A stretch of 64,000 nucleotides of DNA from Anaeromyxobacteraceae bacterium (GCA_047602405.1 JASGHJ010000002.1:992001-1056000), one strand, 5' to 3'. Shown: positions 9,468 through 23,283, counted from the stretch's first letter. Notes: generated from the letters alone by a model not told the origin. Program-made: numbers and translations.

Positions 9468-11009
9468 TCATGGCGCAGGCGCTCGGGCTCGACGGGCCCG
9501 GCGCGGCCGCGCACCGAGCGCGAGGGCCGCGAGCCCGATCGCCGCCGCGAGGGCGCCCGCGTCGCCGCCCGCCCCGCACCCGCCGCCGCCCGCCTTCGGG
9601 GGCGGCGTGGCGGGCCGCTGGCACGTCGAGGTGCAGCTCGCGCCGCCGTCGCACGCCTCGCCGGCGCCCGCGTCGACGATGCCGTCGCCGCAGGTGGAGG
9701 CCGCGCAGACGCCGGCGTGGCAGAGCGCGCGCGTCGCGGGCGCGGACGTGAGGGTGCAGGAGGTCCCGTCGGCGAGCGCGGCGTGGTGCACGCCCCCCGG
9801 GTCGCAGCTGTCGACGGTGCAGGGCTCGGCGTCGTCCACCGGGGTGGGATCCACCCGGCACGCCCCGGCGTCGCAGCGCTCGTTCGAGGTGCACGGGTCC
9901 GCGTCGGCGCAGTCGGCGGTCACGAGGCAGACGAGCTGGCACTGCGCCGAGCAGTGCCCCACCCCCGGCGGCTCGCAGGCCTCGCCCGCGGTGACGACGC
10001 CGTTCCCGCAGCCGGTGGGGGTGCAGTTCGCGTCGCAGCCGTCGCCGGAGGCGAGGTTCCCGTCGTCGCAGGTCTCGCCGGCGGTGACGACGCCGTTCCC
10101 GCAGGCGGTGGGCTTGCAGTTCGCGTCGCAGCCGTCGCCGGAGGCGAGGTTCCCGTCGTCGCAGGCCTCGCCCGCGGTGACGACGCCGTTCCCGCAGGCG
10201 GTGGGCCTGCAGTTCGCGTCGCAGCCGTCCCCGGAGGCCTGGTTGCCGTCGTCGCAGGCCTCGCCGCCGGTCTTCGCGCCGTCGCCGCAGAACTCGGGCT
10301 GGCAGGTCGCGCTGCAGCCGTCGCCGGGGGTGGTGTTGGAGTCGTCGCAGCCCTCGAGCCCGGTGATCGCGCCGTCGCCGCAGGTGGACGCGGGCGCCGT
10401 GCCGGCCTGGCCGGCGTTGTTCATGGGGGCCGGCGCGCCGAGGGTGAAGTCGTGGGCGCAGTCGTTCGTGTCGTCCTGGAAGTCGAGGACGCCGGGCGTG
10501 CCGGCGTCGAGGCGCCGGACCAGGGCGCGGCCCGGCACGAGGCCGCGCGCCGCCGTGCCCGCGGCGGGCGCGGCCGCGGCGTTGAAGGGCGTGCCCACGG
10601 CCGGGTCGGCCGCGGCGTACGTGCCCCACGCCACGCAGTCGATCTCCTCGAAGCAGACCATGCCGCCGGCCGCCTGGAGCACGGGTGTCATGGCGAGGTC
10701 GGCGGTCACGCCGAAGAGCGCCGCCGCCTGCGGCGTCGCGACGAGGACCCGCATCTGGTCCGCGCCGTTCGCGACGTTCGCCGTGAAGGTGAACGAGCCG
10801 AGGACGGCGCCGTCGGGGCCGAACACGGTCACCGCGTGGCCGCCCATGAGGTTCTGGCCCGGGGCGTAGGCCCGGACCACCACGTACTGGGCCTGCGGGT
10901 TCGCGGCCGAGCCGGGGAACACCTCGACGATCTGGGTGATGTGGAAGGTGGCGGCGGCGGGCCGGGCGGCGAGCGCCAGGAGCAGGCAGGCGAGCGGGCG
11001 GAGGCGCAT
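9468..11009 (-). CDS. Secreted Myxococcus cysteine-rich repeat (DUF4215-like) protein with MYXO-CTERM-like tail
   Basis: Signal peptide; tandem CG(N/D)G....GE.CDDGN..SGDGC...C repeats; C-terminal GGGC-hydrophobic-Arg-rich segment; start adjusted to ATG at 11009. Confidence 0.85.
   Translation of the reverse strand: MRLRPLACLLLALAARPAAATFHITQIVEVFPGSAANPQAQYVVVRAYAPGQNLMGGHAVTVFGPDGAVLGSFTFTANVANGADQMRVLVATPQAAALFGVTADLAMTPVLQAAGGMVCFEEIDCVAWGTYAAADPAVGTPFNAAAAPAAGTAARGLVPGRALVRRLDAGTPGVLDFQDDTNDCAHDFTLGAPAPMNNAGQAGTAPASTCGDGAITGLEGCDDSNTTPGDGCSATCQPEFCGDGAKTGGEACDDGNQASGDGCDANCRPTACGNGVVTAGEACDDGNLASGDGCDANCKPTACGNGVVTAGETCDDGNLASGDGCDANCTPTGCGNGVVTAGEACEPPGVGHCSAQCQLVCLVTADCADADPCTSNERCDAGACRVDPTPVDDAEPCTVDSCDPGGVHHAALADGTSCTLTSAPATRALCHAGVCAASTCGDGIVDAGAGEACDGGASCTSTCQRPATPPPKAGGGGCGAGGDAGALAAAIGLAALALGARPRRARRARAPAP
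9980..10385 (-). repeat. Intragenic ~96-bp tandem repeats encoding 32-aa Cys-rich units
   Basis: Near-identical GCGGTGACGACGCCGTTCCCGCAG...GCAGTTCGCGTCGCAGCCGTC units. Confidence 0.85.
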
Positions 11010-11157
11010 CCCGGTGCGGACCCCCGAGGCCGCGGCCGCGGGACAGCCCGGACGGGCGGTGCCGGCCGGCCCCGGCCCTCGGTGCGCGCGCACCTCGAGA
11101 CGCGGGGGCAGGCCGGAAAACTGGTCCCGGGTCCGGGCCGGTGGGACCATCCTCCGC

Positions 11158-12141
11158 GTGACCCCGGCCGAGCCGACCCCGCCTGCGCCGCCCCCGGAGC
11201 TCCTCCGGTTCGCGGCGTACCTCGCGAGCGAGCAGCGCGCGTCGGCCCACACGCAGAAGGCCTACCTGACCGACCTCGGCCAGTACGCCGCCTTCCTCGC
11301 CGGGCAGGGCGCGGCGGTGGTGCCATCCTCGCCGGCGCTCGTCCGCGCCTTCCTCTCGCACGCCGCCGGCGTCTCCGGGCCGGTGACGCTGGGCCGCAAG
11401 CTCTCCGCGCTCCGGACCTTCTACGGTTTTCTCGTGCGGGAGGGGCTCGCCCCCGGGAACCCGGCCCGCAGCGTGAAGGCGCCGCGGCGGCCGAAGCCGT
11501 TGCCGGAGGTGCTGCCGGAGGCGGACGTCGCGACCCTGCTCGAGGCGCCCGCGGGCGCGAAGGATCCGCTCGCGCTCCGGGACCACGCGATGCTCGAGCT
11601 CATGTACGGCGCCGGGCTCCGCGTGGCGGAGCTCGTCGGGCTCGATCTCGACGCGATCGACCTCGGCGCGAGGCTCGTGCGGGTGCTCGGCAAGCGGCGC
11701 AAGGAGCGCATCGTCCCGTTCGGCCGGCCCGCCGCGGAGGCGATCCACCGCTGGCTCGACCTCGGCCGGCCCGCGCTCGCGCTCCAGCCGGGCGCGGCGC
11801 CCGGGCGGGCGCTCTTCCTCAACCGCGACGGCGGCCGCATCTCGGTGCGCTCGGTCGCCCGCCGCCTGGAGCGGCGCGCGCTCGAGGCCGGCCTCCCGCG
11901 CCACGTGCACCCGCACGTGCTCCGCCACTGCTTCGCGACGCACCTCCTCGGGAACGGCGCCGACCTGCGCGGGATCCAGGAGCTGCTCGGCCACGCCTCG
12001 CTCTCGACCACGCAGCGGTACACCCACCTGGACTGGAAGCGGCTCGCGGAGGTCTACGACGCCGCGCACCCGCGGGCATCCCTCGACTCCGGGGCCGCTT
12101 CGCGGCCCCTACGCTCGGGACGTACGGCCGAGAAACCGTGA
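11158..12141 (+). CDS. xerC: Tyrosine recombinase XerC
   Basis: RDHAMLELMYGAGLRVAEL, HPHVLRHCFATHLL, QELLGHASLSTTQRYTH; adjacent to hslV; start adjusted. Confidence 0.92.
   Translation: MTPAEPTPPAPPPELLRFAAYLASEQRASAHTQKAYLTDLGQYAAFLAGQGAAVVPSSPALVRAFLSHAAGVSGPVTLGRKLSALRTFYGFLVREGLAPGNPARSVKAPRRPKPLPEVLPEADVATLLEAPAGAKDPLALRDHAMLELMYGAGLRVAELVGLDLDAIDLGARLVRVLGKRRKERIVPFGRPAAEAIHRWLDLGRPALALQPGAAPGRALFLNRDGGRISVRSVARRLERRALEAGLPRHVHPHVLRHCFATHLLGNGADLRGIQELLGHASLSTTQRYTHLDWKRLAEVYDAAHPRASLDSGAASRPLRSGRTAEKP
12080..12127 (-). repeat. REP-like GTAG-hairpin element
   Basis: Reverse complement reads CCGTACGTCCCGAGCGTA-GGGGCCGC-GAA-GCGGCCCC-GGAGTCGAGGG, the same arms as 3443-3491 with a different stem sequence. 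Confidence 0.7.
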
Positions 12142-12207
12142 CGGTGCGGCAGGGGGACGCGGCCCGGGGTCGTTGCCCCGGGTGCGGTCGCGCGCTACTT
12201 GAGGCGG

Positions 12208-12756
12208 ATGGAGTCCTTCCACGCGACGACGATCCTCTGCGTCCGCAGGGCCGGCCGGGTGGCCATGGCCGGCGACGGGCAGGTCACCCTCGACAAGACC
12301 GTCATGAAGGCGACGGCCCGCAAGGTGCGGCGCCTGGCGGAGGGGCAGGTGCTCGCGGGCTTCGCCGGCGCGACCGCCGACGCGTTCCAGCTCTTCGAGG
12401 CCTTCGAGAAGAAGCTGAAGGAGCACGCGCGGTCGCTCCCGCGCGCCGCCGTCGAGCTCGCGAAGCTCTGGCGCACCGACCGGATGCTGCGCCGGCTCGA
12501 GGCGCTCCTCCTCGTCGCCGACGCGGAGCACCTCCTGCTCCTCTCCGGCTCGGGCGACGTCATCGAGCCCGATCCGGTGCCCGGGGGCGGCGCCGCGGCC
12601 GCCATCGGCTCGGGCGGGCCGTACGCGCTCGCCGCGGCGCGGGCGCTCCTCGCGCACTCGCCGCTCGACGCGCGCCAGGTGGCCGAGGAGTCGATGAAGC
12701 TCGCCGCGGAGATTTGCATCTACACGAACGGCAACCTCGTCGTGGAGGAGCTCTAG
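12208..12756 (+). CDS. hslV: ATP-dependent protease subunit HslV
   Basis: [46 protein letters not shown]. Confidence 0.96.
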   Translation: MESFHATTILCVRRAGRVAMAGDGQVTLDKTVMKATARKVRRLAEGQVLAGFAGATADAFQLFEAFEKKLKEHARSLPRAAVELAKLWRTDRMLRRLEALLLVADAEHLLLLSGSGDVIEPDPVPGGGAAAAIGSGGPYALAAARALLAHSPLDARQVAEESMKLAAEICIYTNGNLVVEEL

Positions 12757-14164
<1,408 letters not shown>

Positions 14165-14194
14165 TTGGCGGGCCGCGTCTGCTATAAGGCCCGC

Positions 14195-15392
14195 ATGAAC
14201 ACGACCGAGTCCCTGGTTGAGCGCGCCAAGGCCGCCCTCACGCCCAACTACCGGCAGGCGCCGGTGGTGCTGGTGCGAGGGGAGGGCGCGCGCGTGTGGG
14301 ACGCCGAGGGGAAGGAGTACCTCGACTGCATCGCCGGCATCGCCACCGTCTCGCTCGGCCACTGCCACCCGAGGCTGGTGGCGGCGCTCGAGGAGCAGGC
14401 CCGGCAGCTGTGGCACGTCTCGAACCTCTTCTACAACCCGAGGGCGATCGAGCTCGCCGAGCGGCTCGCCCGCTCGACGAGCTGGGCGAAGCGGGTCTTC
14501 CTCTGCAACTCCGGCGCGGAGGCCAACGAGGCCCAGCTGAAGCTCGCGCGGAAGTTCCACGCCGACGCCGGCCACCCGGAGCGGAACGAGATCGTCGCCT
14601 GCACGAACTCCTTCCACGGGCGGACGATGTTCGCGCTCGCCGCGACCGGCCAGCCGAAGTACCACCACGGCTTCGAGCCGCTCGTGCCGGGCGTGAAGCA
14701 CGTGCCCTACGGCGACCTCGCCGCCCTCGAGGCGGCGCTCGGCCCGAGGACCGCGGCGTTCATCGTGGAGCCGATCCAGGGCGAGGCGGGCGTCATGCCG
14801 CCGCCCGCGGGCTACCTCGCGAAGGCCCGCGAGCTCACCAGGAAGGCGGGCGCGCTGCTCCTGCTGGACGAGGTCCAGACCGGCCTCGGCCGCACCGGGA
14901 CCATGTGGGCGCACGAGGCGGAGGGCGTGACCCCCGACCTCATGTCCTCGGCGAAGGCGCTCGCGAACGGCTACCCGATGGGCGCCATGCTCGCGACCGA
15001 GGAGGTCGGCAGCCACCTCACCCCGGGCAGCCACGCCACCACCTTCGGCGGCAACGCGCTCGGCGCCGCGGTGGGCGTCGCGGCGCTCCAGGAGATTCGA
15101 GCGGATCCTGCCCGAGGCCCGCAAGGTCGCCGAGCACCTGCGCGGGAGGCTCGCGAAGGCCGGCCCCCGGGTGACCGAGGTCCGCGGCCGCGGGTTCCTC
15201 CTCGGCGTCGTGCTCCAGGGCGTCGACGCCCCCGCGGTCGTGGGGCTCGCGCGCGAGCGAGGCCTCCTCGTGAACGCCATCGGCGACAAGGTCGTCCGGG
15301 TCGCCCCGCCCATCACCCTCACCGCCGCCGAGGCCGACCTGTGCGCGGAGCGGCTCGGCGCCGCCGTCGCCGCGGCGCCCCAGAAGGCCTGA
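14195..15392 (+). CDS. argD: Acetylornithine aminotransferase, with apparent +1 frameshift at ~15096
   Basis: FLCNSGAEANE, SFHGRT, VEPIQGEAG, DEVQTGLGRTG, SAKALANG, HATTFGGN; removing one T gives EIERILPEARK and continues into EVRGRGFLLG. Confidence 0.92.
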
Positions 15393-15419
15393 AGAGGACC
15401 CCGCGAGATGCCCACCCCG

Positions 15420-16331
15420 ATGAAGCGCGACTTCCTCCGCCTCACCGATTCCGACCGGAGCGGCCTCCTCGAGCTCGTGGAGCGCGCCGCCGAGTGGAAG
15501 CTCCTCGGACGGGACGGCCCGAAGCCGCTCGCGCACCGGACCATCGGCCTCGTCTTCGAGAAGGCCTCGACCCGGACCCGCGTGTCCTTCGAGGTCGCGT
15601 CCTACCAGCTCGGCGGCCAGGCGATGATGCTCTCGCCGCGCGACACCCAGCTCGGCCGCGGCGAGCCCATCCGCGACACCGCCCGCGTGCTCTCGCGCTA
15701 CCTCGACTGCCTCGTGGTCCGCACCTTCGGGCACGAGAAGATCGAGGAGATGGCGAGGTGGGCGACGGTCCCGGTCGTGAACGCGCTCACCGACGCGTCC
15801 CACCCGTGTCAGGTGCTCGCCGACCTCCTCACCATCACCGAGCGCTTCGGGGCCGACGCCCTGTCGAAGGGGGGCCTCTCGGTGGCCTGGATCGGCGACG
15901 GCAACAACATGGCCAACAGCTGGCTCGAGGCCTGCGCGCTCCTCGGCTTCGACCTCCGGCTGGCCTGCCCCGAGGGCTACGACCCCGATCCGGCGCTGGT
16001 CGCGCGGTGCGGAGGCCACGCCAAGGTCGTCCGGACCCCCGGGGAGGCGGCGGAGGGCGCCCACGTCGTGAACACCGACGTGTGGGCCTCCATGGGCCAG
16101 GAGGAAGAGGCCGAGCAGCGCAAGAAGGTCTTCGAGCACTTCATCGTGGACGCCGCGCTCATGGCGCGGGCCCGCAAGAACGCGATCGTCCTGCACTGCC
16201 TGCCGGCCCACCGGGGCGAGGAGATCACCGACGAGGTCCTCGAGGGCCCCCAGTCGGCCGTCTTCGACGAGGCGGAGAACCGCCTACATGCCCAGAAGGC
16301 CCTGCTCGAGGCGCTCCTCGCCGCCCGCTGA
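15420..16331 (+). CDS. argF: Ornithine carbamoyltransferase
   Basis: FEKASTRTR, HPCQVLAD, WASMGQE, HCLPAHRG, DEAENRLH. Confidence 0.96.
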   Translation: MKRDFLRLTDSDRSGLLELVERAAEWKLLGRDGPKPLAHRTIGLVFEKASTRTRVSFEVASYQLGGQAMMLSPRDTQLGRGEPIRDTARVLSRYLDCLVVRTFGHEKIEEMARWATVPVVNALTDASHPCQVLADLLTITERFGADALSKGGLSVAWIGDGNNMANSWLEACALLGFDLRLACPEGYDPDPALVARCGGHAKVVRTPGEAAEGAHVVNTDVWASMGQEEEAEQRKKVFEHFIVDAALMARARKNAIVLHCLPAHRGEEITDEVLEGPQSAVFDEAENRLHAQKALLEALLAAR

Positions 16332-16422
16332 TCCCGGCCCGGCAGGAGGGCCGTCCTCCTCCAGAGCACCGTACGGAAGGTCAAAGGGCGCGTTGACCGG
16401 GGTCCGCCCGGGGCCGTAAGGT

Positions 16423-17408
16423 GTGGGTGGGAGCCCAGATCCCTTCGTGACCACGGACCGTTACAGGGGTTTCACCTTCGATGAGGCCGCCCTGCGGGAG
16501 GACGTCGATCTCGACGCCGACCGCAGGAAGGAGATCCTCTACCTGGAGGCGACCGCGCAGACCGCGACGCACTGGGAGGCGCTCGACCTCCCGTGGAACG
16601 CGCCGGCGGACGCGGCGAAGGCCGCGTACCTCGAGCGCGTGAAGGTCTTCCACCCGGATCGTTACGCCGGCAAGCGGCTCGGCTCGTACCGCGGCCGCCT
16701 CGAGCGGGTGTTCCGGCGGATCACCGAGGCCCGCGACGTGCTCGCCGACGAGGGCCGCCGCGCGGCGTACGCGCGCGTGAGCGCGCCGGCCGATCAGTTC
16801 GCGGCGCTCGAGGCGAGGCGGCTCGAGGACGAGCGGCGGACCGAGGAGCGGCGCGCCCGGCTCGCGCGCTCGAACCCGATCATGGCGCGGGTCGCGCGCG
16901 TGAAGGAGCTCGTCGACCGCGGGCGGACCGCGTTCGAGGAGGGCCGCTTCAGCCAGGCGGCCAACGACCTCCAGATCGCGCTCTCGATGGACCCGTCGAA
17001 CCGCGAGGTCGCGACGCTCGTCGCCGACGCGAGGAGGAAGGCCGCCGCCATGAAGGCCGGCGAGCTGTACGACAAGGGGTGGGCGGCCGAGGTCATCGGG
17101 CGGCCCCACGAGGCGGTCGCGCACTACACGCAGGCGCTCGAGGCCGATCCCGGCCACGTCCGCTCGGCGGCGGCGGCCACCCGCACCGCGCTCGCGCTCG
17201 GAGACGTGGCGCGGGCGCGCGGGTTCGCCGACGCGGCGATGAAGGCGGGGCCGCGCGTCGCGGCCGCGCTCGAGGCGATGGGCATGGTGCTCGAGGCCGA
17301 GGGGCAGAAGAAGGAGGCGCGCCAGATGCTGGAGCGCGCGGTGGACCTGGACCCGAAGCTCGAGAGCGCGAAGGAGCGGCTGAAGAAGCTGCGCTGGAGC
17401 TTCCTCGG

Positions 17409-17412
<4 letters not shown>
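16423..17412 (+). CDS. J-domain (HPD) plus TPR co-chaperone
   Basis: KVFHPDRY J-domain motif followed by TPR-like helices; stop overlaps the Hsp70 start. Exact start uncertain. Confidence 0.8.
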
Positions 17413-19278
<1,866 letters not shown>

Positions 19279-19281
19279 GCC

Positions 19282-20667
19282 GTGGGCGAGGTCGCGGAGC
19301 TCATCGAGCGGGGCGTGCTCGCGTACGTGACCGGGAGGATCCCGGACGCGGTGGCCGTGTTCCAGCGGGTGCTGGAGCTCGACCCCGACAACGCGAAGGC
19401 GCGCGGCTACCTCATCCTCGTCCAGGCCACGCACCCGGACCTCGCCGCGGCGCCCCCGCCGGCCCCGCCGCCCTCGATCTCGGCGCCGCCGCGCCCGCGC
19501 ACGCTGCCGCCCGCGCCGCCTCCTCCTCTTCAGCCCGCGCCCGCCGCGGCGCGCACCGTGGACGTGAGCGCGCCGCGCCCGGCCCCGCCGCCGCCCCCGC
19601 GGCCGGAGCCGAGGACCGAGCCCTTCGTCCCGGCCGCGCCGCCGCAGCCCGCGCCGGTGGCCGGCGCGAAGCTGCGCCTGCCCGCCCCGCCCAGGCCGAA
19701 GAAGCGGTCGCTCCCGTTCGATCTCGACTCCGACGCCTTCGTGGGCCAGCTGACCACGAAGTCGCCGCTCGGGCCGAGGGAGCTCGACGCGCCCGACGCG
19801 GGCACGCCGTCGGGCGGCACCGAGCCCGATCCGTTCGGCGCCGACCCGGTGCCCTCGCCGTTCGCGGTGGAGCCCGGCGCCGTGAAGCCGAACCGGCCGC
19901 TCGAGGAGATCCTCTTCGCGCCCACGCCGGTCCCGGGCGGCGTGCCCGCGGCCGCGCCGCCCCGGCCGTTCCCGGAGCCGTCGCCGTTCCACGCGCCCGC
20001 CCCGTTCCCGGACCCCGCGCCGTTCCCCGAGCCGGTGCCCGACCGCTTCGCCGTGGAGCCGCCGGTGCGCGCCGCCTCGCACCCGACGCCGATGCTCCCG
20101 GTGCCCGCGCACGACGACGCCGAGTACGCCCCCTCGCCATGGGACGACGGCCCGTCCGGCGCGACCATCGTGCTCTCCGACGAGCCGAGCGGCGGCCTCG
20201 ACCTCGCCGCGGTGGCCGAGAAGTCCGACCTCCGCCCGCTCGTGCCGGAGGGCAAGCCCCCCGCGCCGCCGCCTGCGCACGGCCCGCCCACCGACGTGGA
20301 GCTCTGGCTCAAGGCGGCGAAGGAGCTCTTCGCGCTCGGCGACTTCACCGGCTCGCTCGAGCTCATCGAGAAGATCCTCACCGTCGACCCGGACCACGTC
20401 GAGGCCCGCGACTACCTGCGCCAGAACGAGGCCACGCTCGTCTCGATGTACGAGTCGAAGCTCGGCGCCCTGACCGCCGTCCCCCGGCTCGCGATCAAGC
20501 CGGAGGAGGTCATGTGGCTGAACCTCGACCACCGCGCCGGCTTCCTGCTCGCGCAGATCGACGGCACGGTCGACTTCGAGGGCCTCTTCGCACTCTCGGG
20601 CCTGCCCAGGCTCGACACCGCCCGCATCCTCGCGAACCTCATCGCGGACGGGGTGGTGAGGGTCTAG
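19282..20667 (+). CDS. TPR-containing protein with long Pro-rich linker
   Basis: N- and C-terminal TPR-like segments flank a Pro-rich region; operonic with the Hsp70 gene. Confidence 0.7.
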   Translation: MGEVAELIERGVLAYVTGRIPDAVAVFQRVLELDPDNAKARGYLILVQATHPDLAAAPPPAPPPSISAPPRPRTLPPAPPPPLQPAPAAARTVDVSAPRPAPPPPPRPEPRTEPFVPAAPPQPAPVAGAKLRLPAPPRPKKRSLPFDLDSDAFVGQLTTKSPLGPRELDAPDAGTPSGGTEPDPFGADPVPSPFAVEPGAVKPNRPLEEILFAPTPVPGGVPAAAPPRPFPEPSPFHAPAPFPDPAPFPEPVPDRFAVEPPVRAASHPTPMLPVPAHDDAEYAPSPWDDGPSGATIVLSDEPSGGLDLAAVAEKSDLRPLVPEGKPPAPPPAHGPPTDVELWLKAAKELFALGDFTGSLELIEKILTVDPDHVEARDYLRQNEATLVSMYESKLGALTAVPRLAIKPEEVMWLNLDHRAGFLLAQIDGTVDFEGLFALSGLPRLDTARILANLIADGVVRV

Positions 20668-21210
20668 ATGCCGCTCCCGCGCTGGAAGAAGCTCTCCTCG
20701 GAGGTCCGGGTCCGGAACTCCTGGTGGACGTACCGCCTCGACCGCTTCGAGCTCCCCGGCGGGAAGCAGGGCGAGTACCACCACGTCCACACCCCCGGCG
20801 CCGCGATGGTCGTGCCGGTGACCGACGAAGGACGGCTGCTCCTCGTGAACCAGTACCGGTACCTCCTCGACCGGGAGAGCCTCGAGTTCCCCGGCGGCGG
20901 CGTGAAGGAGGGCCAGGCCCCCGAGGCCGCCGCCCGCGCCGAGCTCGCGGAGGAGGCGGGGGTGCAGGCCCGCGAGCTCGTCCACCTCGGCAGCTACAAC
21001 CCGTGGAACGGCGTCACCGACGAGATGTGCGAGATCTACCTCGCGCGCGGCCTCGTGCACGATCCGCACGCGCACCCCGAGGAGACCGAGACCATCGAGA
21101 ACGCGCCCCTGACGGTCGCGGACTTCGAGGCGCGCATCGCGAGCGGCGAGATCTGGGACGGCATGACGCTCGCCGCGTGGTGCCTCGCGAGGAAGTTCGT
21201 GGTGGGGTGA
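20668..21210 (+). CDS. NUDIX hydrolase (ADP-ribose pyrophosphatase-like)
   Basis: Nudix box [26 protein letters not shown]. Confidence 0.9.
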   Translation: MPLPRWKKLSSEVRVRNSWWTYRLDRFELPGGKQGEYHHVHTPGAAMVVPVTDEGRLLLVNQYRYLLDRESLEFPGGGVKEGQAPEAAARAELAEEAGVQARELVHLGSYNPWNGVTDEMCEIYLARGLVHDPHAHPEETETIENAPLTVADFEARIASGEIWDGMTLAAWCLARKFVVG

Positions 21211-21250
21211 GGGGCTGGGCGCGGTCGAGCGGGGCGTGCCTCGCTCCCAT

Positions 21251-21273
21251 GCCAACTTGAATTCGGCAGATGT
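21251..21273 (+). repeat. 23-bp hairpin repeat, copy 1
   Basis: GCCAACTTGAATTCGGCAGATGT; identical to 23100-23122. Confidence 0.9.
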
Positions 21274-21455
21274 CCGCCGGCCCGGGGATGTGAGGAGGCG
21301 AGATGCCGTCCGGCAGGCGTGACGGATCGCCAGGAGCGCGAACCGGAAGCGTCGAAGGAGGTGCTCGGGAAGATCGACCCGACGTGCACCGCCGAGGCGG
21401 AGGGCTCCTGGCCGCGCTGGATCGACGAACTGGGCGCAGGGTGACTCGCCGGTGA

Positions 21456-22154
21456 TCACCCGCCCGCGAACGCCGCCGGCGGCACCTCGTCGACGTCCAC
21501 GAGGCCGTGGCGTCGCCAGCCGGTCCTGAGGAGCCATGAGCGCGCCTCGGCGACGAGCCGGGACTCGCCCGTGTCCGCGGCGACGCCGCGCCAGCCGTCG
21601 AACCAGCGGCCGGACGAGCGCGGGTCGATCCAGGTCGGGTCGAGCATGCGGTCCGGGTCCCGCGGTGTGTGCCGGCGGGCGTTCTGGAGCACGTAGACGA
21701 GCGCGTTGCGGACCTCGCGCGGCGTCTTCAGGATGCGGACGTGGTGCCGGTCGGAGAACACCACGCCGCTCCGGTCGAGCGCGGCGTTGAGGCCGAGCGC
21801 GATGCGGATTGAGAGCGCCTGCATCGCGCGGGAGAGCTCGCCGGGCTCCATGGCCTCGACGATCAGGTGCAGGTGGTTCGACTGTACCGAGAAGTGGACC
21901 ACCCGCGCGCCGTCGCGCCCGCGCAGGCCCTCGAGGGCGCGCCCGATCACGGCGAAGGCCGCCGAGGAGCGGAGGTTCGGCAGCCCCGGCACGGTGCGCA
22001 TCGTCACGTGCGCGGGGTGGTGCCGCGTCAGCTTCGGCCTGGCGCAGTGCGGGACCCGGTCCGGGTTCCGCGGCCGGCCGGCCCCGGGCCTCCGGCCGCC
22101 GTGGGAGCGGAAGGGAAGGTCGCGCTGGGCGGGCTTCGCGGGTCGCCTTGCCAT
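21456..22154 (-). mobile_element. Y1/HUH tyrosine transposase, RAYT (TnpA-REP)-like
   Basis: HVTMR strand, HUH motif SVQSNHLHLIVE, VFSDRHH, catalytic YxxxN (VYVLQN), N-terminal HGGRRPGAGRP; ATG at 22154 lies inside repeat copy 2; 232 aa; no tnpB adjacent. Confidence 0.85.
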
Positions 22155-22172
22155 CTTGAATTCGGCAGATGT
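22150..22172 (+). repeat. 23-bp hairpin repeat, copy 2 (overlaps the transposase start codon)
   Basis: GCCATCTTGAATTCGGCAGATGT; the single A>T difference creates the minus-strand ATG. Confidence 0.9.
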
Positions 22173-22206
22173 GTAGCAGGTAGCTCCGACAACGAGACGC
22201 GCACGG

Positions 22207-23097
22207 GTGACGCTTGGCCGGCCCGGCCGGACGTGGTGGACTCCCGCCGTGATCTCCGACTCGAGCTTCGAGCGCCCGGAGGGGTGGGCCGGGGCCGGCT
22301 TCTCCGCGATGACCCCAGGCGGCACGGAACTCGACCGCCCCAGGCCGGGCGGCCTCGAGGTCCTCCGCTGTCTGGAGCGCCGCGACGAGAGGCTGCTCGG
22401 CGTGTGGGAGGGGGCGACGGGCCGGCTCCGGTGTCTGCTGGAGAGGGCCGCGGATGCGCGGTGGACGAACGACGGTGCCGCTCTGGTCACGGTGACGGAG
22501 GAGGTCATGGTCCGCATCCTCGAGTGGCCTGCGCTGAAGGTCCTGAACTCAGCTCGGCTCGACTTCGACACGCGCCGTGGCGTGGCCGGGCTGGACCTTG
22601 TCCTCTCGGCGGCGGGTGACATGGGGATTGTCCGCCTCTGGTCGGGGCAAAGCGAGGAGGGGCTCGCCATCTTTTCCCTGCCCGACCTCCGAACGGTGGC
22701 GTGCCTCGCGTACGTCGTCGGTGAAAGCGCCAGCCTCCCGGTGTTCTCGCCCGATGGCCGGTACGTGGTGCACGTCCTGGAGCCGTTTGCCATCTGGTGG
22801 ATCGGAGATGGCGAGGTGGCGACCGACGAAGAGCCGGCCGTGGGCGGCCGGGTGCAGTGGGCGACGATCCATGTGCACGATCTCCGACAGCCCGTTCGGC
22901 ACGACGAGTACCCCGTCTTCGTGGAGGTGCCGAAAGGATGGCTGCCGTCCGAGGACGTGCGGGGAGCCAGCTGGCCGCGTGCGGTTCGCTTCACCGAGGT
23001 GGGGCGCCTCGCGTTCGACGTCCCCTGGGGAGGGACCTGCGTGACGCCCGTCCCTCCGCTTGGCTCTTGCGACGCGCCGCCCCCGCGGAAACGGTGA
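22207..23097 (+). CDS. Hypothetical cargo protein, possibly beta-propeller-like
   Basis: 296-aa ORF filling the interval between repeats 2 and 3; VFSPDGRYVV motif; more A/T-ending codons than neighbours; start uncertain (no SD). Confidence 0.55.
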   Translation: MTLGRPGRTWWTPAVISDSSFERPEGWAGAGFSAMTPGGTELDRPRPGGLEVLRCLERRDERLLGVWEGATGRLRCLLERAADARWTNDGAALVTVTEEVMVRILEWPALKVLNSARLDFDTRRGVAGLDLVLSAAGDMGIVRLWSGQSEEGLAIFSLPDLRTVACLAYVVGESASLPVFSPDGRYVVHVLEPFAIWWIGDGEVATDEEPAVGGRVQWATIHVHDLRQPVRHDEYPVFVEVPKGWLPSEDVRGASWPRAVRFTEVGRLAFDVPWGGTCVTPVPPLGSCDAPPPRKR

Positions 23098-23099
23098 CC

Positions 23100-23122
23100 G
23101 CCAACTTGAATTCGGCAGATGT
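23100..23122 (+). repeat. 23-bp hairpin repeat, copy 3
   Basis: GCCAACTTGAATTCGGCAGATGT, 2 nt after the TGA of the cargo ORF. Confidence 0.9.
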
Positions 23123-23283
23123 CGCGCGAAGGCCTGCCCGGCACCCCGGAGTGCCCATGGAACCGGAAGTTCACGCAACACGAAGGGCGCAGGAGGGCGC
23201 GACGGGGCCGATCAACAGTCGAACGGCTTGGACCGACCCCTGGAAAAGGCGCATCCGCAACACGGGTACGTCCGACGGCTCCG

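Noticed and set aside
11158..12141. Tyrosine recombinase as a phage or island integrase
   Set aside because: Motifs and position next to hslVU match chromosomal XerC.
21257..21285. TTGAAT within the repeat as a portable -35 box
   Set aside because: No consistent -10 hexamer lies 16-18 nt downstream across the three copies.
21456..22154. IS200/IS605 element with TnpB
   Set aside because: No RuvC/TnpB ORF is adjacent, and the catalytic helix is YxxxN (RAYT-like) rather than YxxxQ.
21251..23122. CRISPR array interpretation of the 23-bp repeats
   Set aside because: Spacers are about 900 bp and contain genes; no cas genes are present.
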